From NCBI RefSeq assembly GCF_004010195.1, contig NW_025215381.1, forward strand, positions 705,766 to 769,765: a DNA stretch of 64,000 nt, in the 5' to 3' direction. Source of the DNA: Chiloscyllium plagiosum (taxonomy: Eukaryota). Of this stretch, positions 39,140-50,002 are shown one piece after another. Numbering within the stretch: the first letter of the stretch is position 1; each line of letters opens with the position of its first letter. Position numbers and translations under genes: made by a program. The notes beneath the pieces are model-generated. The model was not told the origin of the DNA. It worked only from the letters and a program-made list of their open reading frames with translations, and made no database searches.

Positions 39140-40990
39140 CAAAGAAAATTTACAGCCCTTGACCTTCCAAGCCTGAGCCAATCCAAATCTATGTCTAACC
39201 TTGTCACCCAATTCCTAAGCATTTGTATCCCTCCGCTCCCCACCTACTCATGCATCTGTCCAGACAGATCTCAAATGAATCTACCATGCCTGCCTCTACT
39301 ATGTCTGCTGGCAATGCATTCCAAACACCCACCACCCTCTGTGAAGTACTTGCTGCATGTATCCCCCTTAAACTTTCCACCTCACCTTGAAAGCGTGACC
39401 TCGTTATTGAATCCTTCATCCTGGGAAAAAGCTTATCTCTATCCACCCTGTCTATACCCTTCATGATTTTGTAAACCTCAATCAGGTCACCCCTCAACCT
39501 CCTTTTTTCTTAAGGAACCTAACCTACTCAACTTCTCTAAATAAGGGGCCGAACCAATGTCCTGTATAATTTTAACATGACTTGCCAGCTCTTATACTCC
39601 ATACCCTGTCCAATGAAGGACAACATACTATATGCCTACTTGACCACTATCCACTTGTGCAGTAACTTTCAGCTGCTAGTGGACCTGCACTCCCAGATCT
39701 CTGCTCAACCTTTCCCCAGGCTCTTCCATTCATTGTATAACTTGCTCTAGAATTAGTCTTGCCTAAATGCATCACCTCATTTGTTTGAATTGAAATCTAT
39801 CTGCCACTTTTCCACCCAACTCTCCAGTCTATCTACATCCTCCTGTATTCAACAGTCCAGTATGCTTTCTGCTACTCCAATCTTGATGTCATCTGCAAAC
39901 TTGCTGATCATACCAACAGCACCCTCTTCCAGATCATTTATGTACATCTCAAATAACAGTGGCCCCAACACTGACCCCTGTGGAACACCATTGGTCACCT
40001 TTCTCCATTATTAGTGATGGTCACGGTCTGGCATTTGTGTGGCCTGAATATTACTTGCCACTTGTCAGCCTGTCTCCTGTTGCTCAACCACTTCATTATT
40101 CCCCTAGCTAGAACACCCTGCACACCATGTGACTTCACATTCTCCATTAGTCTACCATGGGGAACCTTAAAGGCCTTACTAAAATTCATGTATATGACAT
40201 CAACTTGGTCACTTCCTCGAAGAACTCTATCAAGTTGGTAAGGCACGATCTCCCCTCTACAAAACCATGTTGCCTTTCACTGAAAAGCCCCTTCCCTCAG
40301 ACTATTGACATACTGCTCTCAACCTTTCCTGGATGCTTCATACAAATGCTACTCCATCCAGACCTCTGACACCAAGTGTACCCCAGTCAATGTTGGGAAA
40401 ATTAAAGTCTCCCATCACCACTACCGATTGCCTCTACATCTTTCCATAAATCTGTTTACCTATTTGTTCTTCACCTCATGCTCACTGTTGGGAGGCCTGT
40501 AATACAGCCCCAATGTGACTGCACCCTCTATTTCTCAGCTCCACCTATAATGCCTCACTACCCAAGATCTCCATGGTGTCCTCCTTTAGCACAGCAGTGA
40601 TATCATCTGACCAGCAATGCAATTCCACCCACAGCCACCACTTCCTCAGGAAGTTCTTCCATACTCAAACCACCCTGTTCAAAATTTGTACGGCTTTAAG
40701 TCTTTCTCCTCTCACTTTAAAGATGTGCCCCCTCATCTTAAAATCCCCCATTCTAGGGAAACCACCATTAACCCGGTCTTTACTTTTTTTTTTAAAACAC
40801 TTCTGCAAGGTCACCTTGCAATTCCTACACTCCAGTGAAAAAAGTCCCAACCTTCTTGTAAGTGAAGCCTTCCATACCTGGCAACATTCTAGTAAGTCTC
40901 TTATGAACCCTCTCCAGTTAATATCCTTCCTATAACTGGGCAACCAGAATGGGACAGTATTTCAGAAAAGAAGCCTCACTAACATCCTGT
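39140..40990 (-). mobile_element. Cluster of CR1 fragments (intron 8)
   Basis: RGDLIEVYKIMKGIDRV, YMNFSKAFKVPH. Confidence 0.85.
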
Positions 40991-42145
40991 ACAATCATAA
41001 GCAAATAACCCCTAACTTCCTACTCTGTAGCTATTTTGGTTAGGTTGTCAAAAATCTACATCTTGCTCCAATATCTGACTGGACAAGATAGTCAGATGCA
41101 CATATGCACCTTCAAATGCTCCAACCCACAAGATTTACTTTGACTGCTCAATGAACTCCCTTTTCTGGATGTGTAATTGAAAGGTAACTCAGCAAGATTC
41201 CCAAATAAAGCAAACACTGGCTAATGCACTCTTTGGTATCTTAATATATCAGATTAAAATAATGGAGTAGCCAGTGATTAAAATGTCTTAAGCAGCAATG
41301 CTGGAAAGCTGAAATACATGTCTGAAATGCACACCTGGCCAATGTGAGAACAGAAAAGGAGTATGAATTAATTTGGAGAGGGTAGAAGCAAAGAGAGCAC
41401 ACTGAAGGAGGATTGTTCAAGCACGCAAGACAATGCACATATGGGGGAGAGCCAGAGCCCAAGCCCACTGTTCGCTTGAGCAGAGTCAGTCTCCTGCTAT
41501 CTCACCATAAGCCTGCAGAGGCAAGTATAATTGTCTTTTGCAATGCTTTATTTCACCAGTTTTAAGCTTGGTTTCCTTGTTACTGAGCTATTCAGGCAGT
41601 GCATTCCAGACCCCAAGCACTCACTAAACTTTGATCACTTCCACTTCAAGCAATTACTTGAAATCTTTGCCGATATCAATCCTTCCTCCAATGGGAGTTT
41701 GCCCATCTGGACTGACCAGACCCCTCATGAGAACACCTCAAAATCAATTTCCAACCTCTTTCCAAAGATCGGACTTTACTTAATGTTTTCACTGAAGTCC
41801 TTATCCCTGGAACAGTTGTCAATCTTGCCTTCACATCCTCAAAAAATTCAGCTCCTGGAACTGGACAACACTACAAGTTCAGTATTACCCCCTTGCTCAT
41901 ATACTTCACAAGATCAGTTCAACATTTCCTACCACCTTCAAAAATGAGCAGTTCCACCTTGGTCTGTGCTTCTGCACCTCCTAGAGAATTGTAACTTATT
42001 TGCTCATCTCCCTCCAAATGGGATTGTCTTGTTCCTCTGCAGAGGATCAGGTCACAGCAACACTGCCCTAGCTTATCTGTGCTGTCCAAAGTTCTACACT
42101 GCCCTTAATTCATAATGCTGCAAGTTGCAAAATAATGCCCTGCAC

Positions 42146-42353
42146 CTGGAGGGTTGCAGTGGGTGCAGGAGGCACCTCAACACCAGCTTGCTCTTGTGCC
42201 ACAGAAGCCTGGGCAAGCGTTCTTGCCCTGCGGCGGAAGAATGAACGACGGAATCGCTGGCGTGGAGGTAGAGGTTGGTCGGTCTTGGGTTCCTTGTCCT
42301 CATCCAGGTCCCCTGACACCTGCTGAGATGGTGGGCGTGGACGGAAAGGTCGC
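42146..42353 (-). CDS. ybx2: ybx2 exon 8 (208 nt): RPFRPRPPSQQVSGDLDEDKEPKTDQPLPPRQRFRRSFFRRRARTLAQASVAQEQAGVEVPPAPTATLQ
   Basis: ctttctcctgcag| acceptor; RPFRPRP is YBX2-like. Donor CAG|gtgcag is weak, so the 3' boundary is less certain. Confidence 0.85.
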
Positions 42354-43179
42354 CTGCAGGAGAAAGCCAATTACTAATCAATGACAACTGTTGATTGACA
42401 GCTTTACTATCACCAACATCCCAATACCAAGTTCCACACACCTAACTGCTAGTTGGGAAAGTTAGATTCAACTTGGGGTTTCAAATCAGTGCCATCTCAT
42501 CCAGCCCCCTATACCCATTCCACCTCCCAACCTAGACTCCACATTCCTCAGGATTTCTGCAGTCTTCCATTCTGCCTCTTGAATATCACATTCCCATCAC
42601 TTCATTGACAGCTCCCAGTGCATGGCATAATAGTATATTGCACCATTAAGCAAATGGAATGTTTTAGGTACTTCTCCAGAGGAAGAAAATCCCCATCAAG
42701 CCTCAAGGAGATAATTTGATCAAGGGTGTCAGACTGTGTCCTGGTAAAAGGTTTACTGCAGGTTTACATAGATGGACAGAGTGGTGCATTAGAGATCTCC
42801 TCCGCTCAGTAACAAGGAAACCAAGCTAATGCTACAGGGTAATGGATTAAAAAAATTATTGGACTAGCATAATTTCAGATTTCCAGTACAGCTATTGTCA
42901 ATTGTGGTAAAATCCCAGCTGTCACTAATGTTCTTCAAAATAGGCCAAGTAAAGATGGCCTAGGTGATTACAGAGCCACATCATTGAGCCACCTTCTGAA
43001 AAGGTGGAACATTCTATCATCAAGTGGAATGAGGGATAGGCAAAACACCATTATCAGTGATGCCCATAATCCATGAAGGAATAAATTGAAGTACACCTGT
43101 TTGAGGAGAATTAGCAACATACTCCAGATATAAATCTCACTCCAAATAAGACTGACTGAATAGGACTATTTAAGGGAGG

Positions 43180-43447
43180 CCTAGTGACATCATCACTAGA
43201 CTTAGTCCAGAGATCCTGAGAACCATGCCATCAATGGTGATATTGAATTCAGTCAGGAATTAGGAGTCAAGTGACAACTGTCTATCAGGAAAAACCCCAT
43301 CTGGTTCAGTCATGTACTTTAGGGAAGGAAAGGACCATCCTTCCTGGTCTGGCCTACATGTGACTCCAGACCAACTGCAATGTACCACCCTCTGAGCAAT
43401 AAAAATCAATAAATGATGGCCTGACCAGTGAAACCCACATCCCACTA
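43180..43447 (+). mobile_element. DeuSINE (SacSINE1-like)
   Basis: aaaaaccccatctggttca...tttagggaaggaa...ggtctggcctacatgtgactccagac core and cccacatccc tail. Confidence 0.75.
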
Positions 43448-43577
43448 GTGATTGAAGCTAGATTAGTAGTAATCAGCATGTCAACATAGATTCTAATAAA
43501 ACAAACGCTGCTGGATTGCATATTCAGGTGAAGGCCAAAGGCTATAGGAGAGCAGGATCACTGTTCCAACATATTAC

Positions 43578-43687
43578 CTGCGGAATTGGGATTGTGGTCT
43601 GTTTCCAGGTGCCCTTCGTTGACCTTGCTGTTGAGGTTGGACTTGACCAGAGTCAGACACAGGCTCTTGGTTTATGGAGACCTCACC
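43578..43687 (-). CDS. ybx2: ybx2 exon 7 (110 nt): GEVSINQEPVSDSGQVQPQQQGQRRAPGNRPQSQFR(R)
   Basis: ctttcctttcag| acceptor and CAG|gtaata donor; phase 0 to 2 matches exon 8. Confidence 0.88.
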
Positions 43688-44144
43688 CTGAAAGGAAAGC
43701 AGTTTTGTCACTTCACACTGCAGGAGGAGGCCAGAGTTAATCAGGTTCATCATAGGTTTGGGAAGCACATTTTTGTCTACCAAGTCAAGCTGATTTACTT
43801 ACAATCAAATTCAAATGGATCAGCTGAATTCACACACCACTAAGAATTCAAAACAGACTGAAATGAAAGTTGAACTAAGACTCTGAATTGCTGAGAGATT
43901 CACAACTGTTGGGGGGACGAAAATTGAAGTGGTACATGTTGTTGAAATACAAAATGTTACTTTTTGGAAATAGCAAGAGAGAATTAAAGACTGATCAACA
44001 GAACCCTGCTGTCAGGGCCCTCAACATTCAAACAAAGCATTTCATCTTCCTTTGTCAGGAGAAAACCAAGCACACTTTAAAAGGCAGACAAGACCCAAGG
44101 TCACTTGATCAACAACTGAATCAAGGAGTGACTGTTGCCATACA

Positions 44145-45015
44145 GGTGGCACAGTGGCTCAGTGGTTAGCACTACTGCCTCAGTGCCAGGGACCTGGGTT
44201 CAATTCCAGCTTCGGGCGACTGAGGTTTGCATATTCTGTCAGCATGAGTTTCCTCCGGCTGCTCCAGTTTCCCCCCAATCTCACATTGAACAGATGTGTC
44301 CAGGTGAGTAAACCCCTCAAAGTTGATAGGGTTGTTCAGAAGGCATATGGTGCATTGGTATTTATTGGTATGCAATTGAGTTTTGGAGCCACTAGGTCAT
44401 GCTTCAGCTGTACAAAACACTGGTAAGACCACATTATAGGAATGATGTGGAAGCTTTGGAAAGGGTGCAGAGGAAATTAGGATGTTACCTGGTATGGAGG
44501 GAAGGTCTTAAGACGTAGGGCTGTTTTTGTTAGAGGGAAGGTTGAGAGGTGATTTAATGGAGACATACAAGATAATCACAAGGTTAGATAGGGTGGACAG
44601 AGCTTTTTTCTTGGATGATCAAGGCTAACAGGAGGGGACTTGGCTTTAAATTGAGGGGTGATAAATATAGGACAGATGCCAGGTAGTTTCTTTACTCAGT
44701 AGTAGGGACACAGAAGGGCATTGGACATACACATGGATAATAATGGAACAGTGCAGGTTAGATGGGCATCAGATTAATTTCACAGGTCAGCACAATGGAG
44801 GGCCAAAGGGCCTGCGCTGTGCTATAATGTTCTATGTTCTATTCCAAACATGTGCCGGTTAGGTGAATTGGCCATGCTAAATTGCCCATGTTCAGAGATG
44901 TGGAGGTGAACTGCATTAGTTAGGGGTAAATATAGGGTAGGGGAATGGGTTAGAGGGTCAGTGTGGACTTGTTGGGCTAAATGGCCTGATTCCACACTGT
45001 AGACATTAATTCTAA
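44145..45015 (+). mobile_element. HE1 SINE split by a CR1 insertion (~44280-44842)
   Basis: SINE 5' half ends ttccccccaa and resumes tccaaacatgtgccggttagg after a CR1 (gttctat)n tail. Confidence 0.8.
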
Positions 45016-45467
45016 TTTCGGTAACACTGCAAAAATCAAAAATAAAATGACTAAAAGACAACTTACCACCTTGTGGTCTGGATCTTTGGAAGTGAAGTAT
45101 ATGCAAGGTGAACAAAATCCAAAGTGGGGGTCAAACAGTTTGTCCTTTGTTATTCTGAGCTGAGTTGTAATGCATGTGAAGATGGAGTAATTAGTCTATT
45201 ACTTCAGATATCTTTTCACTGACCATTAAAAAAGGTAATGTATTACAATAAGAACTCCTGTTGCCGACAAAGCATAGTCAAAGTTCTTTTGTTCTGAATG
45301 ACCAATTGCCAGGGACTCATTCTGGTGGCCTCATTGGAATTTTATTTAGTGATACTTGTGGAACAGTGGGGCTCAATTTGTACAATTTTCCCAGTTCAAG
45401 TCATTCTGGGCAATTGCAGTGAAGCAAAATAGAAAATAAACCTTTAATCCCTCTTTTCAATATCTTG

Positions 45468-45775
45468 TCACAGAATTCCTACAATGCACAAGCAGGACAA
45501 CTCATCCATTGAGTCTGTACTGACCCTTAAAAGAGCCACCCCATCCCCTAAACTCTACATTTCCATGATTAATCCACCTAGCCCACAGATCCCTGGACAC
45601 AGAAAATTCAGCATGGCCAATCCATCTAACTTGCACATCTTGTACTGTGGAAGGAAACTAGAGCACCTGGGGAATCCACAGACATGAGTGGGGAGTTTGC
45701 AGAGTTACAATGGTGGAATTAAATCTGGGTCCCTGCCAGAGGCAATGCTCACCACTGAGCTAAGGTGCCATCCAC
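45468..45775 (-). mobile_element. HE1-type V-SINE, diverged
   Basis: agcatggccaatccatctaacttgcacatc body. Confidence 0.75.
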
Positions 45776-46090
45776 CATTGCTAATTTTAGCAAAAAGGGC
45801 CATTCCTGGTAGAAAACAGTGGAGCAGGAACATGCCAGTAGATTATGGAAGCTCTATCCTTAGCACTGAGGGGCTGAGGCCAACTGTAAACCACACAAGG
45901 AGCAGCCAGCATTACTTTTGACCCCTTCCCCCTCAAGCCTCACTGGAGAAATGGCCACAAGTAGGACTATGTAGTGGTCAGGCTTCTGAACGACAGGGCC
46001 AACATTGCCTTAAGAAAGGCAGATTTGTTGAAGCCTGACAGCAAGAATTCTAAAAGAAAATCAGGAACTAAAACAACAACAGTCACTCAC

Positions 46091-46285
46091 TCCAGCTGGC
46101 TGTCCCTCTCCATCTTGGGGAGAGGCCTGGGGCCTAGGACGCCGCCGAAACCGATTTCGATTGAAATAGGGAAGTGGGGGACGCGGACGCTGGTCAAGAG
46201 GCTGTTGCTGCCCATTAATAGCCTCCACTGTACCCTCCTTCTCACCAGAAGTTTCTGCTGGCTCACGTGTTATTGACTGGCTGCC
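46091..46285 (-). CDS. ybx2: ybx2 exon 6 (195 nt): GSQSITREPAETSGEKEGTVEAINGQQQPLDQRPRPPLPYFNRNRFRRRPRPQASPQDGEGQPAG
   Basis: ttttttcttcacag| acceptor and GGA|gtgagt donor; open in phase 0; acidic then basic/aromatic island. Confidence 0.9.
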
Positions 46286-46605
46286 CTGTGAAGAAAAAAC
46301 AGTGAACTGTCAAAAGGGAGAAAACAGTAGGAAGTCCCCTCTATTGCCCTCCCAAGGGTAGAGTTAGATAGTTGTAGTCAAATGGAGTTGGTAAATAGAA
46401 GCAATACCAGAGAAATAGGACAGACCTCCATACTGGTTAGGACCTCACCATAACCTCACTTCTAATCTTGCCAGCTTTTCCCACAAATCCCAGAATACAT
46501 GCTGGAACACAATCACAACTATCCCCAAGTTCCACTCAAGAGGACTATTCACCATCCAAAAGGAAAAGCGTTTACTAGGGCATTGTCATGATATACAAAG
46601 AATTT

Positions 46606-46726
46606 GAGAAAGTGAGGTCTGCAGATGCTGGATCACAAAGTTGAAACTTTATTGCTGGAACAGCACAGGTCAGGCAGCATCCAGGGAACAGGAGATTCGA
46701 CGTTTCAGGCACAGGCCCTGATTCAC
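46606..46726 (-). mobile_element. Single-arm Penelope-derived insertion (intron 5)
   Basis: 13-bp TSD atacaaagaattt at 46593-46605 and 46727-46739; same arm as 32975-33100. Confidence 0.88.
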
Positions 46727-46929
46727 ATACAAAGAATTTAGTCAACCAAGCAGTTCTAACAGTAGATGAATAGGGAAGATTGAGGCACATGGGCCAGAAA
46801 CAACAGATGGGACTAGTTTAGTTTGGGATTAGGTTCAGCATGGACTGGTTGGACCAAAGGGTCAGTTTCCATGTTGTACCACTACAATTATGGCAAGCAG
46901 ACTGGGCATCTTCTCCAGATGAGGGGAAG

Positions 46930-47100
46930 GTGGACCTGATCAGAGTGACACTGGCTATTTGGTTCATGGAGACCTCATCACCCTGAAAAGGGAAGCAATT
47001 GTTACTTGACACTGCAGGAGGAGACCAGAGTTAATCAGGTTTCATAGACAAAACTAATGTGCTTCACAAACCCATTTTCCACCAATGGCTGATGCACTAA
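46930..47100 (-). pseudogene. Degenerate duplicate of the exon-7 acceptor region and first ~55 exon nt, inside intron 5
   Basis: Aligns to ~43630-43800: cactgcaggaggag(a/g)ccagagttaatcaggtt, and GDEVSMNQ versus GEVSINQ. Confidence 0.85.
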
Positions 47101-47802
47101 AGTCTATTGGGTGATCTGATAAGATAGACAGATGCATGGTTTGCAGTTGGAGGCCTGGCAGACAGTCCCTACAAATCCTATAGGAAATTTGAGTGAAGAA
47201 AATGTGGAATATAGAGAGAGGGGAAAATAGTAAACAATAATGGGAAGTTGAATAAACACTAGGGAGAAAACTGGAGGTTGACAGGGTAAGCAGATAAGGG
47301 GCAGCTTTGGTCTAGCAGAAAGATGACCAATTGGGACAAAGCTTGCTTGTGATGGAAATTTTATGCAACAGCTAAACTCCCACTGACAGGTATTCTGCTA
47401 TTAGGACCAGAATAAAAGTGGCCTTCCTAACCAAGAGCATTATTGTAGCCACTCCAAATCCAGTTGAACATTAAACATCTGAGCACAGCCACCACCTAAC
47501 CTATTCTGCCCTGGGTCACTTGATGCCATGTGGTACTGGACTTCACCTTGTGCTCAATCACCAGCATTACAATGCAATTCTGACAAGCAAATCTCCCCTT
47601 GATCCACTCATGCGACTTGCGTAAGCCACCCAGATTCATTCCTGTGTGGGAACTGTTGGCAAGGTTGCCACTTTATCCATCCCCAGGGATGGAGGGGAGG
47701 GTGCAGTTTGAAGGATTGGTAACTTTCTTCCACCATGTGGTTAAAAGTGCAGATTTGTCATAAATGGCTAAATGGCTTGTTGGAAAATCTCTGGTCACTT
47801 AC

Positions 47803-47922
47803 CTGAGCCACACGAGCCTGGCGTCTGACAAAGCCTCTGCGGAACCGGCGACGGTTTGGGGCATAGGGACTCCCTTTGACTGGAACACCTCCTGGGCCAG
47901 TCACATTTGCAGCCTCAACAGT
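47803..47922 (-). CDS. ybx2: ybx2 exon 5 (120 nt): TVEAANVTGPGGVPVKGSPYAPNRRRFRRGFVRRQARVAQ
   Basis: ctttctgctacag| acceptor and CAG|gtaagt donor; EAANVTGPGGVPVKGS ends the CSD, APNRRRFRR is YBX2-type. Confidence 0.95.
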
Positions 47923-48480
47923 CTGTAGCAGAAAGAGTAGAGGTGGAAATCAGGTCACATCCATTATATAGTTGAATCACAGAATCACAACACTTCGACT
48001 GAATGGCCCTCTAGTATATCATTGCTGTTACTGCACTCTGGAAGAGCAACCTCCTCCCCCTCCACAGTCTTCCTTCAATTGGCCAAGCCTTCTCATTACC
48101 AGCACATTACCAATCCTAACTACTCACTGAAAAGTTTGATAGTGTACAGTATTCAACTTGCTTTGTCAGTTATTTGACTGACCAAGATCTTTTGCACCTT
48201 AAGGGATTAATGCTTAGTTGGTATAATCTGTGCTTGAAAAAGTGGTCCAGGCTTGTGAAGCCTTTTAATGTTTACCCCAAGCCAGCTCAGTCAGCCTGTG
48301 CCTCACATCTGCAATTTCTTTAAAAAGATTTAAGGCCCTATAGACAAACGCCAGGTTGATCAAGGTGGAGAAAATAGGCTAAGTGCGTGAACTTCAGGAA
48401 CAGACCTAGAGCTTGTACAAGCATGCAAAACAGGAGTAGGCTTTCAAGCTTGCTATGCCACAAGCATCATGGCTGATCAT

Positions 48481-48835
48481 TGGCAGCACAGTAGCTCAGC
48501 TGTTAGCACTGCTGTCTCAGCACAGGGACCCAGTTTGAATTCAGCCTTGGGCAACCATCTGTAGAGTTTGCATGTTCTTCTTATGTCTGTAGGTTTCATC
48601 CAGCTGCACAGTTTGCTCCCATAGTGTAAAGGGGTGCAGGTTAGGTGGATTGGCCATGCTAAATTGCCCATAGTATCCAAGGATGTGCAGGCAAAGGGAT
48701 TTAGCTGTGAGAATTTCAGGGTCACAGGGATAAGGTGGAGGCTGAGGGGAAGGGGTCTGGATGGGAGGCTGTTGAGGGGATCAGTGTACTTGATGGGCCA
48801 AATGGCCTGCTTCCACACTAGAGATTCCACAATTC
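48481..48835 (+). mobile_element. HE1-type V-SINE (intron 4)
   Basis: tRNA-like head and V-domain. Confidence 0.82.
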
Positions 48836-49072
48836 AACTCAGTTCCCCATTCTTGTTTTATCCCTATAGAGAAAGATCATTCAGCCCTAATACTAACTCC
48901 TTTCAAAAGAATTATTTTGGCTTCAACCAGTGCCAGAGAATTCCACAGGTACAATAGCTTGGGAAGAGGGAGATTCCTTGTGATCAATCTAAATGGCCTA
49001 CCCTGTTATCCTTAACCAGATCCTAGTTTTGGATTCTCCAGTCACTAGGAATCTTTGACTTACCTAGTCCTG

Positions 49073-49709
49073 TGTTATGAAGTTGTAGGCATGTACTACA
49101 CCTTTAAGGGAGCTGAAATCTCTGGTTGACAATGCGCTAAGATTTTTTAAAATTGTAACACTTCGTTGACAAATATCTGGAGCTGCATTGCCAAGGTACA
49201 AAACACATTCAAATTTGGCCGATTGGTTTAAATTATGCCCCAGACACAAATCCAAATCAAGTTTGAATTTTACTGTTTTAATGTCATCCAAAATGAAGTT
49301 GTGTTGTTTTGGGGTATAAAATCAAACATTTTGAATAGTCAGAGGGAGAACAGAGCAGCCAAGCACCAACTGCCAAAATAGCTCCCTGAAAGGTACCTGT
49401 CCTTAAGAAACTTGCAGCAAAATATCAAAGCTGACCAAGAGCAATCTACAGGGAAAGTTTGACATCCAAACATATACATTTGTTTGAAATTGGGTTTGCC
49501 ATAAATTTGAGGGCATTTAGCAGATCAGTATTGTAGAGAGGTAAAAACAGGTTTAAGAGAATGGAGTTATAAATTGTTTATTTTGGGGCTTAAACAATAA
49601 TTTACAGTATTTCAGATTGTTCTTTGCCTCTAAATTTAACAGATTATGGCACAAAATGAGCTTTACTGTATTTGGTTGAAATTAGGAGGGTTTACCCCAA
49701 GTTGTAACA
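49073..49709 (+). mobile_element. Probable solo LTR inserted in an antisense CR1
   Basis: TGTTAT...GTAACA ends and internal gtataaaa; flanks rejoin as CR1 ctagtcctg|ttagaa; TSD unclear. Confidence 0.55.
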
Positions 49710-50002
49710 GGTTAGAAATTTGAGAAAGCCCCTATTCTCAAACTCTAGTTGAGATAATTCCAACCAATCCAGTCTCCCTTCATCCCACCATCAAGGAATC
49801 ATTCTAGTAATATCCTTCCTGTAAGGATAACAAAACTGCAGTAGTTCAGGTGTGGCTACACCAAGGCCTTATAAAATTGCAAGGCATCCCTGCTCTATAC
49901 TAATCTTCTCACTAAGGCCAATGTACCATTTTCCTTCTTAACTTGCTTATTTCCAGCAACTGGAATACAAGGTAGTGTTGTATCTGCCCCTTTCCCAATC
50001 TA

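Noticed and set aside
41480..41530. Cryptic acceptor cttgcctctgcag in intron 8 giving AYGEIAGD*
   Set aside because: No homology or other support; such acceptors are common by chance.
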